This document shows positions 10,126-19,491 of a stretch of DNA of 64,000 nt, piece after piece. Under the pieces are notes generated by a model. That model saw only the letters and a program-made list of their open reading frames with translations, had not been told where the DNA came from and searched no databases. The translations under genes were made by a program, and so were the position numbers. This DNA comes from Caulobacteraceae bacterium (lineage in GTDB: Bacteria; Pseudomonadota; Alphaproteobacteria; Caulobacterales; Caulobacteraceae): the NCBI GenBank assembly GCA_027487945.1, contig JAIYCQ010000037.1:3347-67346 (forward strand), in the 5' to 3' direction. Every line of letters begins with the position of its first letter. The first letter of the stretch is position 1.

Positions 10126-10941
10126 ATGGCGACCATGTGGCCCCACCCGATCTTCGTCGTGAACATGAAGCACCATGTCGAGCGACGCGAGGCGGTCGCC
10201 GCCCAGCTGGCGCGCGTGGGCCTGACCCCGACCTTCGTCGAGGCCGTGAACGGGCGCGAGATGAGCGCCGCCGACGCCGCCCTTCAGGACGTGGAAGGCC
10301 GTCTGCGCCGGGCGGCCAAGCCGCTGATGCCCGGCGAGATGGGCTGCTACCTGTCCCACTGGCGCATCTTCGAGACCATGGTGGCCGAGGGCATTCCCCA
10401 GGCCCTTGTCCTTGAGGACGACCTGATCGTCGCCGATGATCTGCCGGCGGTGCTGGACGCCCTGAACGGCGACGACCTGCCCCCCTATGACCTGATCAAG
10501 CTGGCGATCAGCGAGACGGAGCTCTCGCGATCCTATGACGTCATCGTCGATCTGACCGCCGAGTCGAAGCTGGTCCGCCACCACAACGTCTGCAACTCGA
10601 CCGTCGCCTACGTCATCACCCTGGCCGGGGCGAAGCGGTTCCTCGGCTACGGCATGCCGATCCGCTATCCGATCGACGTCGCCATGAACCGCTCCTGGCG
10701 GCACGGGCTGGACATCCTCGGCGTGCGGCCCTGGCCGGTGTTCCATGACCACGACTTCGAGTCGGTGATCGGACAGGAGCGCTTCCGCAAGGAAGACGAG
10801 CTGGAGGACAAGGGCACGCTGATGCAGCAGCTCGAGCGCCGGCTGCGCAAAGGCTACGACAGCATCGCCAAGCGGGCCGACATCCGGCGCCGACTCAAGC
10901 AGGATGCGATCTGGAAGCGGCGCCGCGTCACGGCGAAGTAA
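10126..10941 (+). CDS. Glycosyltransferase family 25 (LPS/LOS glycosyltransferase)
   Basis: IFVVNMKHHVERRE...GEMGCYLSHWRIFE... pattern typical of GT25. The start was moved to the MATMW ATG and remains uncertain by a few codons. Confidence 0.8.
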   Translation: MATMWPHPIFVVNMKHHVERREAVAAQLARVGLTPTFVEAVNGREMSAADAALQDVEGRLRRAAKPLMPGEMGCYLSHWRIFETMVAEGIPQALVLEDDLIVADDLPAVLDALNGDDLPPYDLIKLAISETELSRSYDVIVDLTAESKLVRHHNVCNSTVAYVITLAGAKRFLGYGMPIRYPIDVAMNRSWRHGLDILGVRPWPVFHDHDFESVIGQERFRKEDELEDKGTLMQQLERRLRKGYDSIAKRADIRRRLKQDAIWKRRRVTAK

Positions 10942-10971
10942 CGAACGACACCGTCGGCGAGGTTTGACTGC

Positions 10972-11676
10972 ATGCGTTTGACCTTCCGCCAGCGAAGCGA
11001 CTGGGTCGCCCACGTCCTGAAGGCCGGCTTTCAGCAGCACCATCAGGAGCTGATCCCGCTCTTTGCGCCACACATCTCCGAGGACTCGGTGATCATCGAT
11101 GTCGGCGCCCATGCCGGCCAGTTCGCGCGCCTGTTCGCCGGGATGGCGCCGAAGGGCCAGGTCTGGTCGTTCGAGCCGTCGGAGTACGCCCGCTCGGTGA
11201 TGACCAGCGCTGCCAGGGTCCGCCGGATCGGGAACATCACCCTGGTGCCGATGGGCCTTTCGGACGCGCCCGGCGAGCTGGTGCTGCACACGCCGGTCAA
11301 GAAGGCCGGCGGCCTGGGCTTCGGCGCCGCACACCTGGGCGAGGACGATGGTACGCGGCCGACGGTCGCCCAGACGGTCAGGCTTACCACCCTCGACGCC
11401 TTCGTCGCCGAACGCGGCATCGCGCGGGTCGACTTCATCAAGGCCGATATCGAGGGCTGGGAGCTGCACGCCCTGCGCGGCGCCGAGCAGGTGCTGGCGC
11501 GCGATGAGCCGGCCCTGTTCCTCGAGGTCTCCGACGCCCACCTGGCGCGGGCCGGCGAAAGCGCCCAGGGGCTGTTCGACTGGCTGCACGCGCGAGGGTA
11601 CGCCGCCTACACGACCGACAAGGCCCGGGTGACCACGTACGTCGAGCCGGGCGATTTCCTCTTCCTGCCGGTCTGA
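10972..11676 (+). CDS. FkbM-family methyltransferase
   Basis: IIDVGAHAGQF and DFIKADIEGWELHAL motifs typical of FkbM methyltransferases. Confidence 0.85.
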   Translation: MRLTFRQRSDWVAHVLKAGFQQHHQELIPLFAPHISEDSVIIDVGAHAGQFARLFAGMAPKGQVWSFEPSEYARSVMTSAARVRRIGNITLVPMGLSDAPGELVLHTPVKKAGGLGFGAAHLGEDDGTRPTVAQTVRLTTLDAFVAERGIARVDFIKADIEGWELHALRGAEQVLARDEPALFLEVSDAHLARAGESAQGLFDWLHARGYAAYTTDKARVTTYVEPGDFLFLPV

Positions 11677-11762
11677 CGCCCCGCCCGCGGGCAATGGCCC
11701 GGAACATTGGGTGAACGGAGGGAATCGGTCATGCTCGCCCGGGCCAAGGTCCCCGGAATGCC

Positions 11763-12971
11763 ATGAAGAAGACCCACGACATCTCCGCCGCCCAGGCCCG
11801 GCGCATGGCTCTGGCCGCCCAGGGCTTCGCCGATGCGCGCCGTCATGACGCGCCCGGCGCCCGGCATTTCCGCAAGGCCGCCGACCGGCTGGGCGTGATC
11901 CAGATCGACAGCGTCAACGTCCTCACCCGCACCCACTACCTGCCGGCCTTCTCGCGTCTGGGCGACTACCCGCGCGAGGTGCTGGAGGCCGAGGCCTGGG
12001 GGAAGAAGCGGTCGATGTTCGAGTACTGGGGCCACGAGGCCTCGCTGCTGCCCCTCGACCTGCAGCCGCTGTTCCGCTGGCGTATGGCGCGGGCCGAGGC
12101 GGGCGAGCAGTGGGGCGGTCTCGCCCGCTTCGGCCGCGAGAAGCGCGCCTACATCGACGGCGTGCTGGCGGAGATCGAGCGACGGGGTCCCGTCACGGGC
12201 GGCGACTTCGCCACCGGGCCGCGCGGCCAGCCGGGCTGGTGGTCGTGGTCCGACGGCAAGCGGGCGCTCGAGTGGCTGTTCTGGGCCGGTCTGGTGACCA
12301 CGAAGACCCGGCGCGGGTTCGAGCGGGTCTACGACCTGACCGAGCGCGCCCTGCCGGCGGCCATCGTCAACGCCCCGACCCCCGACGAGGACGAGGCCGT
12401 GCGCGCCCTCGTCCTGCGCTCGGCCCTGGCCATGGGTGTGGCGACCGAGGCCGACCTGCGCGACTACTTCCGTTTGCCGCTGGAACAGGCCCGCCGCGCG
12501 GTGCGCGACCTGGTCGAGGCGGGCGCCCTGACCCCCGTCAGCGTCGAGGGCTGGAGCAAGCCGGGCTATCTGCATCCCGACGCGAAAGCCCCGCGCAGGG
12601 TGGAGGCCCAGGCCCTGCTGTCGCCGTTCGATAACCTGATCTGGTTTCGCGACCGCACCGAGCGGCTGTTCGACGTCAGGATCCGGCTGGAGATCTACAC
12701 TCCGGCCGAGAAGCGCCTGCACGGCTACTATGTGCTGCCCTTCCTGCAGGGCGAGACCATCACCGCCCGGGTCGACCTGAAGTCCGACCGGCAGGCGAAG
12801 GTGCTGCTGGTCCAGGCCGCCCACGCCGAACCGGACGCCCGGCCGGACACCGCCGAGGCTCTGGCTCTGGAGCTCAACCGCATGGCCGGCTGGCTTGGCC
12901 TGGCGCGGGTGCAGGCCGTGGGCAGGGGCGATCTGTCGGCGCCTCTGGCGCAGGCGCTGGCGAAAATGTGA
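11763..12971 (+). CDS. YcaQ/AlkZ-like winged-helix DNA glycosylase family protein (DUF1006)
   Basis: 402-aa ORF with QIDSVNVLTRTHYLPAFSRLG and C-terminal HGYYVLPFL motifs typical of the YcaQ family. Confidence 0.75.
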   Translation: MKKTHDISAAQARRMALAAQGFADARRHDAPGARHFRKAADRLGVIQIDSVNVLTRTHYLPAFSRLGDYPREVLEAEAWGKKRSMFEYWGHEASLLPLDLQPLFRWRMARAEAGEQWGGLARFGREKRAYIDGVLAEIERRGPVTGGDFATGPRGQPGWWSWSDGKRALEWLFWAGLVTTKTRRGFERVYDLTERALPAAIVNAPTPDEDEAVRALVLRSALAMGVATEADLRDYFRLPLEQARRAVRDLVEAGALTPVSVEGWSKPGYLHPDAKAPRRVEAQALLSPFDNLIWFRDRTERLFDVRIRLEIYTPAEKRLHGYYVLPFLQGETITARVDLKSDRQAKVLLVQAAHAEPDARPDTAEALALELNRMAGWLGLARVQAVGRGDLSAPLAQALAKM

Positions 12972-13068
12972 GCAGGGTGCGACGCCGTGCGCGGTTCGCG
13001 CCGGCGTCCTTAGCGGCTATCGGCTGTCCCCACTGGACGCGCGGGGGTGCAACCGGAGCCTTGAAAGC

Positions 13069-13791
13069 ATGCTGGAATCGCAAGCGCGCCTGTCGCGTCG
13101 TGGACTGATCCTCGGGCTGGGCGCCCTGACCGCGTCCTGCGCCGCCTCGACGCCGAAGCCCTCGCCGGTCGCCCAGGTCTTCACGCCGACGCCCCTGCCG
13201 CCGCCGCTGCCGCTGCCGCTCACCGTCCCTGCGGCGCCTGCGCCTGTTCCGGCCCTCGGTCCCTCGCTCGACCCGCAGGGCCTCATCCGCCGGCCGCTGC
13301 TGTACGCGGCGATGGACGCGCTCAAGCGTCACCGGGGCACGGTCGAGCATGAGGACCGGGTCTATATCGTCGACTTCCAGGCCCACTCCAGCAAGCCGCG
13401 GCTTTTCCGCCTCGACCTGACGACCGGTGAGGCGACAGCCTATCGCACAGCCCACGGCCGGGGCTCCGATCCGGCCCACACCGGGTTCGCCCAGCGCTTC
13501 TCCAACGTGCCCGACTCGAACGCCTCCTCGGTCGGCGCCTATCTGACGGTCGGTGCGTCCTGGGGCTCCAAGCACGGCCCCAACGTCCTGCTGGACGGCC
13601 TGGACCCGAGTAACTCCGAGGTCCGTGACCGGGCGATCATCGTCCACGCCGCCGACTACTGCGAGCCGGCCTATCTGGCGTCGCAGCGCAAGCTGGGCCG
13701 CTCGTTCGGCTGCTTCGCCGTCTCCCGGGCAGACCTGAATGCGCTGCGCCCGGACATGGACGGCGGCCGCCTGCTGTTCGCCGGGATCTGA
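13069..13791 (+). CDS. Murein L,D-transpeptidase catalytic-domain family protein (YkuD_2-like), exported
   Basis: Tat/Sec-like leader MLESQARLSRRGLILGLGALTASCA and C-terminal IVHAADY...GRSFGCFAV (catalytic Cys context). The start was moved inward from ORF 12895, which overlaps the ycaQ-like gene. Confidence 0.75.
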   Translation: MLESQARLSRRGLILGLGALTASCAASTPKPSPVAQVFTPTPLPPPLPLPLTVPAAPAPVPALGPSLDPQGLIRRPLLYAAMDALKRHRGTVEHEDRVYIVDFQAHSSKPRLFRLDLTTGEATAYRTAHGRGSDPAHTGFAQRFSNVPDSNASSVGAYLTVGASWGSKHGPNVLLDGLDPSNSEVRDRAIIVHAADYCEPAYLASQRKLGRSFGCFAVSRADLNALRPDMDGGRLLFAGI

Positions 13792-13797
13792 GGCCGA

Positions 13798-16059
13798 TCA
13801 GAACTTCAGGCGCAGCCCGCCCAGCACCAGACGCGGCGCGCCCGGTCGAGCCCCGGCCGGCGAGAGGGCGGCGTTGTAGACCTCGTCAGTAACATTCTGC
13901 ACCTGGACGAAGGCGGCCACGCCCTCGGCGAGATCGACCTCGGCCGACAGGTCCAGCAGGGTGCGGGACTCGATACGGCGGCCGGCCGGAATGTCCCCCG
14001 CGCCGGCGACGGAGCGCGTCTCGTCGACGTAGTTGAGCACCCCGTCGACCCGCCAGCGATCGCCGTGAAGCCCGGCCGTCAGGGTCAGCTGGTGCTCGGG
14101 CAGATAGGGCAGTTCATAGCCGGCGACGACGTTGCCCCAGGGCTCGTACGCCGAGGTGAAGCTGGCGCCGAACTCCGCCTGGGTGAAGGTGTAGGTCAGC
14201 GACACCGGCGCGGCGAAGGGCAGGGCCGCGATCGGGCCGAGGTCATACGCGGTGGTCAGCTCTAGCCCCCGAACCTCGACCGCGCCGCCGTCGAACTGGG
14301 CGCCGATGGTGCAGCCGCCGCCGGTCGAGGCCGTGCAGACTCCGACCAGATTATCGTAGTCGGTGAAGAAGCCGATGGCCTCGACGGCCAGATCGCCCCT
14401 GGCGAAGCGGAAGCCCGCCTCGTAGTTCCAGCTGGTCTCGGCCTTGCTGCTCGAGCCCGGCGCCGGATTGCTGAAGCCCTTGTGGACACCGGCGATCAGC
14501 AGAAGGTTCGGCGTCGCCTCGAAGCTGACGCCGACGCCGGGAATCCAGACCTCGACCTCGGAGCGATTGACGCTCAGCACCGTGCCGCGCGCGGTGTCTC
14601 CCAGCAGGTAGTTGGTCCGCTTCAGGTCGATGGATTCATAGCGAACGCCGAGGTTGGCGGTGAACCGGCCGGCCTGGATCGTGTCCTGGATGAAGACGGC
14701 GCGGGCGCTGGCCTCGCCGAGCCGGTTCTCCTGGCTCCCCGCCGCGCCGGCCGTGGTCAGGACCATGCGCCCGTCGACCATCTGGTAGCGGTCGTCCTGC
14801 TGCAGGCGGTCTTCCTCGTCCTCATGGACGCGGCCTGACAGCTCCAGCCTGTGGCTGAGCGGCCCGGTCTCGAAGCGGGCCGCGGCCACGACCTGTATGC
14901 CTTCGGCGACATAGGCCCGGTTGTTGTTGCGGACCCGCAGCGCGTTGGCGGCGCTGGTGTAGCCCGGCGCGCCCACCAGGGTGGCGTAGCCTTCCGCGAA
15001 GGTCCCCGGATCGCTCACCACCGCCGAGATCGACCGCAGCGCGCCGCCGGACAGCACGTCGTTGAGCTTGTACCAGGCGCGGCGGGTCTCGGTCCGGTAG
15101 GCGACGGTCGTCAGGTCCAGCCAGTCGGCCAGTTCGATGCGGTGGGTCGCCTGCCAGGTGCTGTGCTCGACGTCCATGACGTCTTCCTGGCTGCCGCGGT
15201 AGCGGCGGAACGGCCCGGTCGCGAAGTCGGCCAGGGTCAGGCCCAGATAGGTCTCGTCGGAGGTCTCGTCATAGCGCTGGTGCTTGAGCTCGAACGCCTG
15301 GGTGAAGGCGGCTCCGGGCGCTGAGCGGATCGCCAGCTTGAACACCGCGTCGGAGATGTCGAAGCCGGTGTCGCCGCCCGAATCCAGGACCTTGAAACCG
15401 TCCGACCGCTCCGCCAGACCCTCGATGAGGCCGCCGACCTGCAGCGCGCCGGTCACCGGCGCCCAGCCGCCGACCACCCCGTGGGCCCGCAGCCCCCCGT
15501 AGTTGCCGCCCAGCAGCTCGGCCGATCCGCCGAGCCGGCCCTCGGCGTCAGGGATGGCGGTCGAGAAGAACTGCAGCGCGCCGCCTGTGGTCAGCGGGCC
15601 ATACTTGATGGCGGCCGGGCCCTTGACGACCTCGACCCCGTCCATCCGCGCCATGCGGGGGAAATAGTAGGCGGCCGGCGCCGCATAGGGGGCCGGGGCG
15701 ATGAGGATGCCGTCTTCCATGACCGCGATGCGGCCGGCGCGGTCGGAGCCCGAGCCCCGGATGCCGATGTTGGGACGCAGCCCGAAGCCGTCCTCTTCCT
15801 GCAGGGTCACGCCCGGCACCAGGCGCAGGATGCGGTTGACGTCCGCATAGCTCTGAACGTCGAGGGCGGCCTCGTCGAGGTAGGCCGCTGACCCGGCCAC
15901 GTCGCGCGCACCCGCCGCCGAACCCGTGATGATGAGGCCTTCGAGCAGTACAGGCTCCGAGGTCCGGGGCGCGGCGGCCTCCTCGGCGGCGGCATTCATC
16001 GACCAGCCGCAGGCGACGGCCAGAACCGCCAGACTCGCAACCCGCTTCGCCACCGACAT
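13798..16059 (-). CDS. TonB-dependent receptor (FecA/siderophore-receptor-like)
   Basis: Leader MSVAKRVASLAVLAVACGWSMNAAA, plug motifs (RPNIGIRGSGSDR, VEVVKGPAAIKYGP) and terminal ...GGLRLKF. The start was set at the ATG at 16059, not the ORF maximum at 16212. Confidence 0.88.
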   Translation of the reverse strand: MSVAKRVASLAVLAVACGWSMNAAAEEAAAPRTSEPVLLEGLIITGSAAGARDVAGSAAYLDEAALDVQSYADVNRILRLVPGVTLQEEDGFGLRPNIGIRGSGSDRAGRIAVMEDGILIAPAPYAAPAAYYFPRMARMDGVEVVKGPAAIKYGPLTTGGALQFFSTAIPDAEGRLGGSAELLGGNYGGLRAHGVVGGWAPVTGALQVGGLIEGLAERSDGFKVLDSGGDTGFDISDAVFKLAIRSAPGAAFTQAFELKHQRYDETSDETYLGLTLADFATGPFRRYRGSQEDVMDVEHSTWQATHRIELADWLDLTTVAYRTETRRAWYKLNDVLSGGALRSISAVVSDPGTFAEGYATLVGAPGYTSAANALRVRNNNRAYVAEGIQVVAAARFETGPLSHRLELSGRVHEDEEDRLQQDDRYQMVDGRMVLTTAGAAGSQENRLGEASARAVFIQDTIQAGRFTANLGVRYESIDLKRTNYLLGDTARGTVLSVNRSEVEVWIPGVGVSFEATPNLLLIAGVHKGFSNPAPGSSSKAETSWNYEAGFRFARGDLAVEAIGFFTDYDNLVGVCTASTGGGCTIGAQFDGGAVEVRGLELTTAYDLGPIAALPFAAPVSLTYTFTQAEFGASFTSAYEPWGNVVAGYELPYLPEHQLTLTAGLHGDRWRVDGVLNYVDETRSVAGAGDIPAGRRIESRTLLDLSAEVDLAEGVAAFVQVQNVTDEVYNAALSPAGARPGAPRLVLGGLRLKF

Positions 16060-16128
16060 CCGCCACCCGCTCCCGATCCTGAGAAGCATTCTCAGGGCGC
16101 GGCGTCTTAGCGGTCCTGTCGCGGGCTG

Positions 16129-16148
16129 TAAATGCGAATTGCTTGCAT
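16129..16148 (-). promoter_or_regulatory. AT-rich Fur-box-like site upstream of the TBDR (candidate only)
   Basis: The minus strand reads ATGCAAGCAATTCGCATTTA, 70-89 nt upstream of the TBDR ATG. It is the only AT-rich patch in the 106-nt gap and resembles AATGATAATCATT-type Fur boxes only partially. Confidence 0.3.
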
Positions 16149-16165
16149 ACGCTCGCCGGCCGGCG

Positions 16166-17953
16166 TCAGGCCGTCCCCTCGGACACCGCGGCCAGACGGG
16201 CATAGGCGCCACCTTCGGCCTTGAGGTCGGCGTGGCGGCCCTCCTCGATGATCCTGCCGCGGTCGAAGACCAGGATCCGGTCGGCGCCGCGGATGGTCGA
16301 CAGGCGGTGGGCGATGACGATGGTCGTTCGCTGGGCCATCAGCTCCTCCATCGCCGCCTGGACATGGACCTCGGTCTCGACGTCGAGCGAGCTGGTCGCC
16401 TCGTCGAAGACCAGGATCGGGGCGTCGGCCAGGAAGGCGCGGGCGATGGCCACACGCTGGCGCTCGCCGCCCGACAGCTTCACCCCGCGCTCGCCGACCA
16501 GGGTGTCGTAGCCCCCGGGCAGGGCCTCGATGAAGTCGTGGGCCCGCGCCCGCTTCGCCGCCAGCTTGACCTCGTCCAGCGTCGCGTCCTGGCGGGCGTA
16601 GCCGATGTTCTCGGCGATGGTGCGGTGGAACAGGGCGGGGTCCTGCGGCACCACGGCGATGGCGCGGCGCAGGCTGCCCTGCTCGACCAGGGCGATGTCC
16701 TGGCCGTCGATGGCGATGGAGCCGTCCTGCAGGTCGTAGAGCCGCTGGATGAGTTTGATGAAGGTCGACTTGCCCGCCCCGGTCGGGCCGACCAGCGCCA
16801 CCCGCTCGCCCGGGGCGATCCGCAGGTTGAAGCCGTCGTACAGCGGCTCGCCGGCGCTCTTGTAGCGGAAGGAGACCCGGTCGAAGACGATCTCGCCCGC
16901 GCCGCCGACGAAGGGCTTTGCCCCTGGTGCGTCGGCGACCTGCGGGACCATGCGGGCGTAGTTGGCCACGTCCTCGACGTCGTCCAGGCCCTTCTGCATC
17001 ATCCGGACGTTCTCGCCGATGTTCCGCAGATAGCCGCTCATCAGCATGAAGGTGGTGATGGCGAAGGCGATGTCGCCGGGCGAGGCGGCGCCCTGGACCC
17101 ACTGGTTCAGCAGCATCCCGGTCATCCCGGCCTGCAGGATCACCATCAGGACATTCTGCATGACCCAGACGTCCATGAACCGGCCCCAGGTGACCTGGAC
17201 CGCACGGCTCCAGCCGCCGGTCACCTGGGCGAAGCGGCTCTCTTCACGGGCCTCGGCGCCGAAGCTCTTGACGGTGGGGTTGGAGGTGATGGCGTCGGCC
17301 AGCGCGCCGCCGATGCGACTGTCCAGCGCGTTCGACTTCAGGTTGGCGGGCCGGACATAGACCTTCACCACCCAGAGGTTCAGCACCAGGAAGCCGATCA
17401 CCACCGAGAATGACAGCAGGCCGACCAGAGGCCACTTCAGCGCCATCTGCAGTGACAGACCGAACAGCACCAGCAGGGCGGGCCCCAGCCAAAGCACCAC
17501 CGCGTCCGATACCGAGTCGTATCCCCACATCGCCCGCGAGAGGCGCCGCACGGTGGAGCCGGCGAAGGTGTCGGCATGCCAGTCGGACGAGAAAGTCTGC
17601 ACCCTTCGGAAGGCCTCGTTGGTCATCTCCTCCATGTTCCGGGCGGCCAGCGGGTTCCAGAACCGGAAGGCGATGTTTCGCGTGATGACGAAGGCGACAT
17701 AGACGCCGACGAACAGGGCCCAGGCCTTCCAGGCATTGTCGGCGTTGCGGGCCGGGTCGGACACGGCGTCGATCAGCGCCTTGGCCGCCGTCGGCATCAG
17801 GATGTCGAAACCCACGGCCAGCAGCATCAGCCCCGTGGAGGCGGACAGAAGCCCGCGCCGCCGCAGCCAGAAGCCGGCGATGAAGGCCAGAACCTGGCCA
17901 TTGGAGAGCACCCGTCCCCGGGTGACCTCCTCGTCTTCGTACTGCTCGCTCAT
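16166..17953 (-). CDS. ABC transporter, fused permease/ATPase half-transporter (exporter fold)
   Basis: Six-TM N-domain, then Walker A GPTGAGKST, signature LSGGERQRVAIARA and Walker B ILVFDEATSSLD. The start was set at MSEQYEDEE (17953). Confidence 0.88.
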   Translation of the reverse strand: MSEQYEDEEVTRGRVLSNGQVLAFIAGFWLRRRGLLSASTGLMLLAVGFDILMPTAAKALIDAVSDPARNADNAWKAWALFVGVYVAFVITRNIAFRFWNPLAARNMEEMTNEAFRRVQTFSSDWHADTFAGSTVRRLSRAMWGYDSVSDAVVLWLGPALLVLFGLSLQMALKWPLVGLLSFSVVIGFLVLNLWVVKVYVRPANLKSNALDSRIGGALADAITSNPTVKSFGAEAREESRFAQVTGGWSRAVQVTWGRFMDVWVMQNVLMVILQAGMTGMLLNQWVQGAASPGDIAFAITTFMLMSGYLRNIGENVRMMQKGLDDVEDVANYARMVPQVADAPGAKPFVGGAGEIVFDRVSFRYKSAGEPLYDGFNLRIAPGERVALVGPTGAGKSTFIKLIQRLYDLQDGSIAIDGQDIALVEQGSLRRAIAVVPQDPALFHRTIAENIGYARQDATLDEVKLAAKRARAHDFIEALPGGYDTLVGERGVKLSGGERQRVAIARAFLADAPILVFDEATSSLDVETEVHVQAAMEELMAQRTTIVIAHRLSTIRGADRILVFDRGRIIEEGRHADLKAEGGAYARLAAVSEGTA

Positions 17954-18063
17954 GAAAGACCTCGGGCGTGGAGATACGCCCGAACCGCGTTCTGCGGGAG
18001 AGGGCAGGGGGGATTTCCGCGGGGTGGGGCGGATAGGTGACAGGCCGGGGCGAGGCCCTGCGT

Positions 18064-18161
18064 CCTTCGACACGCCGCTGCGCGGCTGCTCAGGATGACG
18101 TCGCTGAAAGGCTACCCTCCCACCTCAGGCTAAGCAGCGCTCGCAGAGCGCGTGTCGAAGC
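18064..18161. repeat. REP/MITE-like imperfect inverted repeat containing the CGTCATCCTGAGC motif
   Basis: Left arm CCTTCGACACGCCGCTGCGCGGCTGCTCAGG; right arm CCTCAGGCTAAGCAGCGCTCGCAGAGCGCGTGTCGAAGC. The outer 11 nt are a perfect inverted match. The element is intergenic. Confidence 0.55.
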
Positions 18162-18170
18162 ACGCAAGGC

Positions 18171-18449
18171 CTATCCCCGCTTCCGCCGCCCTCCGCCGAG
18201 CGGCCGCCACCGCAGGAACCCGGTGATCGCCCGGCCCACGACAGGGGTCTTCAGCAGCGGACGCACCGCCCAGGGGCGGGTCTTGAGGAAGCAGGCCACC
18301 GCGCCGATCCAGAACACCGTCGTCGGCAGGCCGGGCACGACCACGCCGACCGCCCCGACCGCGACCAGCGTCGCGCCGAGCCCGTCGATCGCCCGGTGGG
18401 CGGCCCGCGAGCGTTTCGGCCGCGACCGGATTGAACCCTCAACCATCAC
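18171..18449 (-). CDS. YbaN/DUF454 family small inner-membrane protein
   Basis: 92-aa ORF with LVAVGAVGVVVPGLPTTVFWIGAVACFLK, typical of DUF454. Confidence 0.7.
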   Translation of the reverse strand: MMVEGSIRSRPKRSRAAHRAIDGLGATLVAVGAVGVVVPGLPTTVFWIGAVACFLKTRPWAVRPLLKTPVVGRAITGFLRWRPLGGGRRKRG

Positions 18450-18541
18450 CCTACAGTGCCTCGCCGCCCGTCCGGCGTCCCGGTGAAAAGTTTGGGCGCT
18501 GAAAGATTGGATCGCGGCCGCGACCCGGCTATCCAGCGGTC

Positions 18542-19471
18542 ATGTCCACGATCCTGCCCGACGCCGCGCCGACCAACTGGGTGGACCGTCATGCGCCGCC
18601 GGCGCTGCGGCCGTGGCTGAAGCTGGGACGGTTCGACCGGCCGGTGGGCATCTGGCTGCTCATGCTCCCGGGCTGGATGGGCATCGCGCTCGCCTGCGCC
18701 ATGCAGGGGCGGGCGCCTGACCCGCTGCTGCTGATCCTGTTCCTGATCGGCGCGGCGCTGATGCGGGCGGCGGGCTGCGCCTACAACGACATCGTCGACC
18801 GCGACATCGACGCCAAGGTCGCCCGCACCGCGCTGCGGCCGATCCCGGCCGGCCAGATCAGCGTGAAGCAAGCCTGGGCCTTCGTGATCGGCTGCTGCCT
18901 GGTCAGCCTCGTCATCCTGCTGACCATGAACCTCTGGACCATCGGCCTTGGCGTCGGGTCGCTGGCGCTGGTCGCGGCCTATCCGTTCATGAAGCGGATC
19001 ACCTGGTGGCCACAGGCCTGGCTGGGCCTGACCTTCAACTGGGGCGCCCTGATGGGGTTCGCCGCCGTCGTCGGGGCGCCGGCCGCGCCGGCCCTGCTGC
19101 TCTACGCGGGCCTCGTCTTCTGGACCCTGGGCTATGACACCATCTACGCGGTGCAGGACATCGAGGACGACGCCCTGGCCGGGGTGAAGTCCTCGGCCCG
19201 ACGGCTGGGCGCCAACGCGAAGTGGGGTGTCCTCGGCTTCTATATCGCAAGCTTCGTTCTGGTCGTCGCCTCGGCGACGGTCGCCGACCTCGGTCCCCTG
19301 TTCCTGCCGCCCGTGGCGCTGTTCGCCGTCCACCTGTCGCGGCAGGCGGCCCGGCTGGACGTGACCGACGGGGCGGGCGCCCTGACCCTCTTCAAGTCCA
19401 ACGCCGTCGCCGGGCTGGTCCTGGCGATCGCCTTCGCGGTCGGGGTGTGGAAGCCGGCGGCGGGGTTCTGA
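18542..19471 (+). CDS. ubiA: 4-hydroxybenzoate polyprenyltransferase
   Basis: Polytopic 309-aa ORF with NDIVDRDIDAKVARTALRP (NDxxDxxxD) and a second Asp-rich motif YAVQDIEDD. Confidence 0.9.
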   Translation: MSTILPDAAPTNWVDRHAPPALRPWLKLGRFDRPVGIWLLMLPGWMGIALACAMQGRAPDPLLLILFLIGAALMRAAGCAYNDIVDRDIDAKVARTALRPIPAGQISVKQAWAFVIGCCLVSLVILLTMNLWTIGLGVGSLALVAAYPFMKRITWWPQAWLGLTFNWGALMGFAAVVGAPAAPALLLYAGLVFWTLGYDTIYAVQDIEDDALAGVKSSARRLGANAKWGVLGFYIASFVLVVASATVADLGPLFLPPVALFAVHLSRQAARLDVTDGAGALTLFKSNAVAGLVLAIAFAVGVWKPAAGF

Positions 19472-19491
19472 CGCGATCTCCGCTCCCTCTA

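Noticed and set aside
13798-16212. Maximal-ORF N-terminal extensions. These affect the TBDR to 16212, the ABC transporter to 18073, ggt from 21830, the M14 peptidase from 26191, cysQ-like from 32322, lpxK from 38953, kdtA from 37862, the ABC-2 permease to 54520, and the L,D-transpeptidase-like gene from 12895.
   Set aside because: The extensions overlap upstream genes and encode Arg/Pro-rich junk. Internal starts give proper signal peptides, RBS spacing or ATGA coupling, so the shorter models were used.
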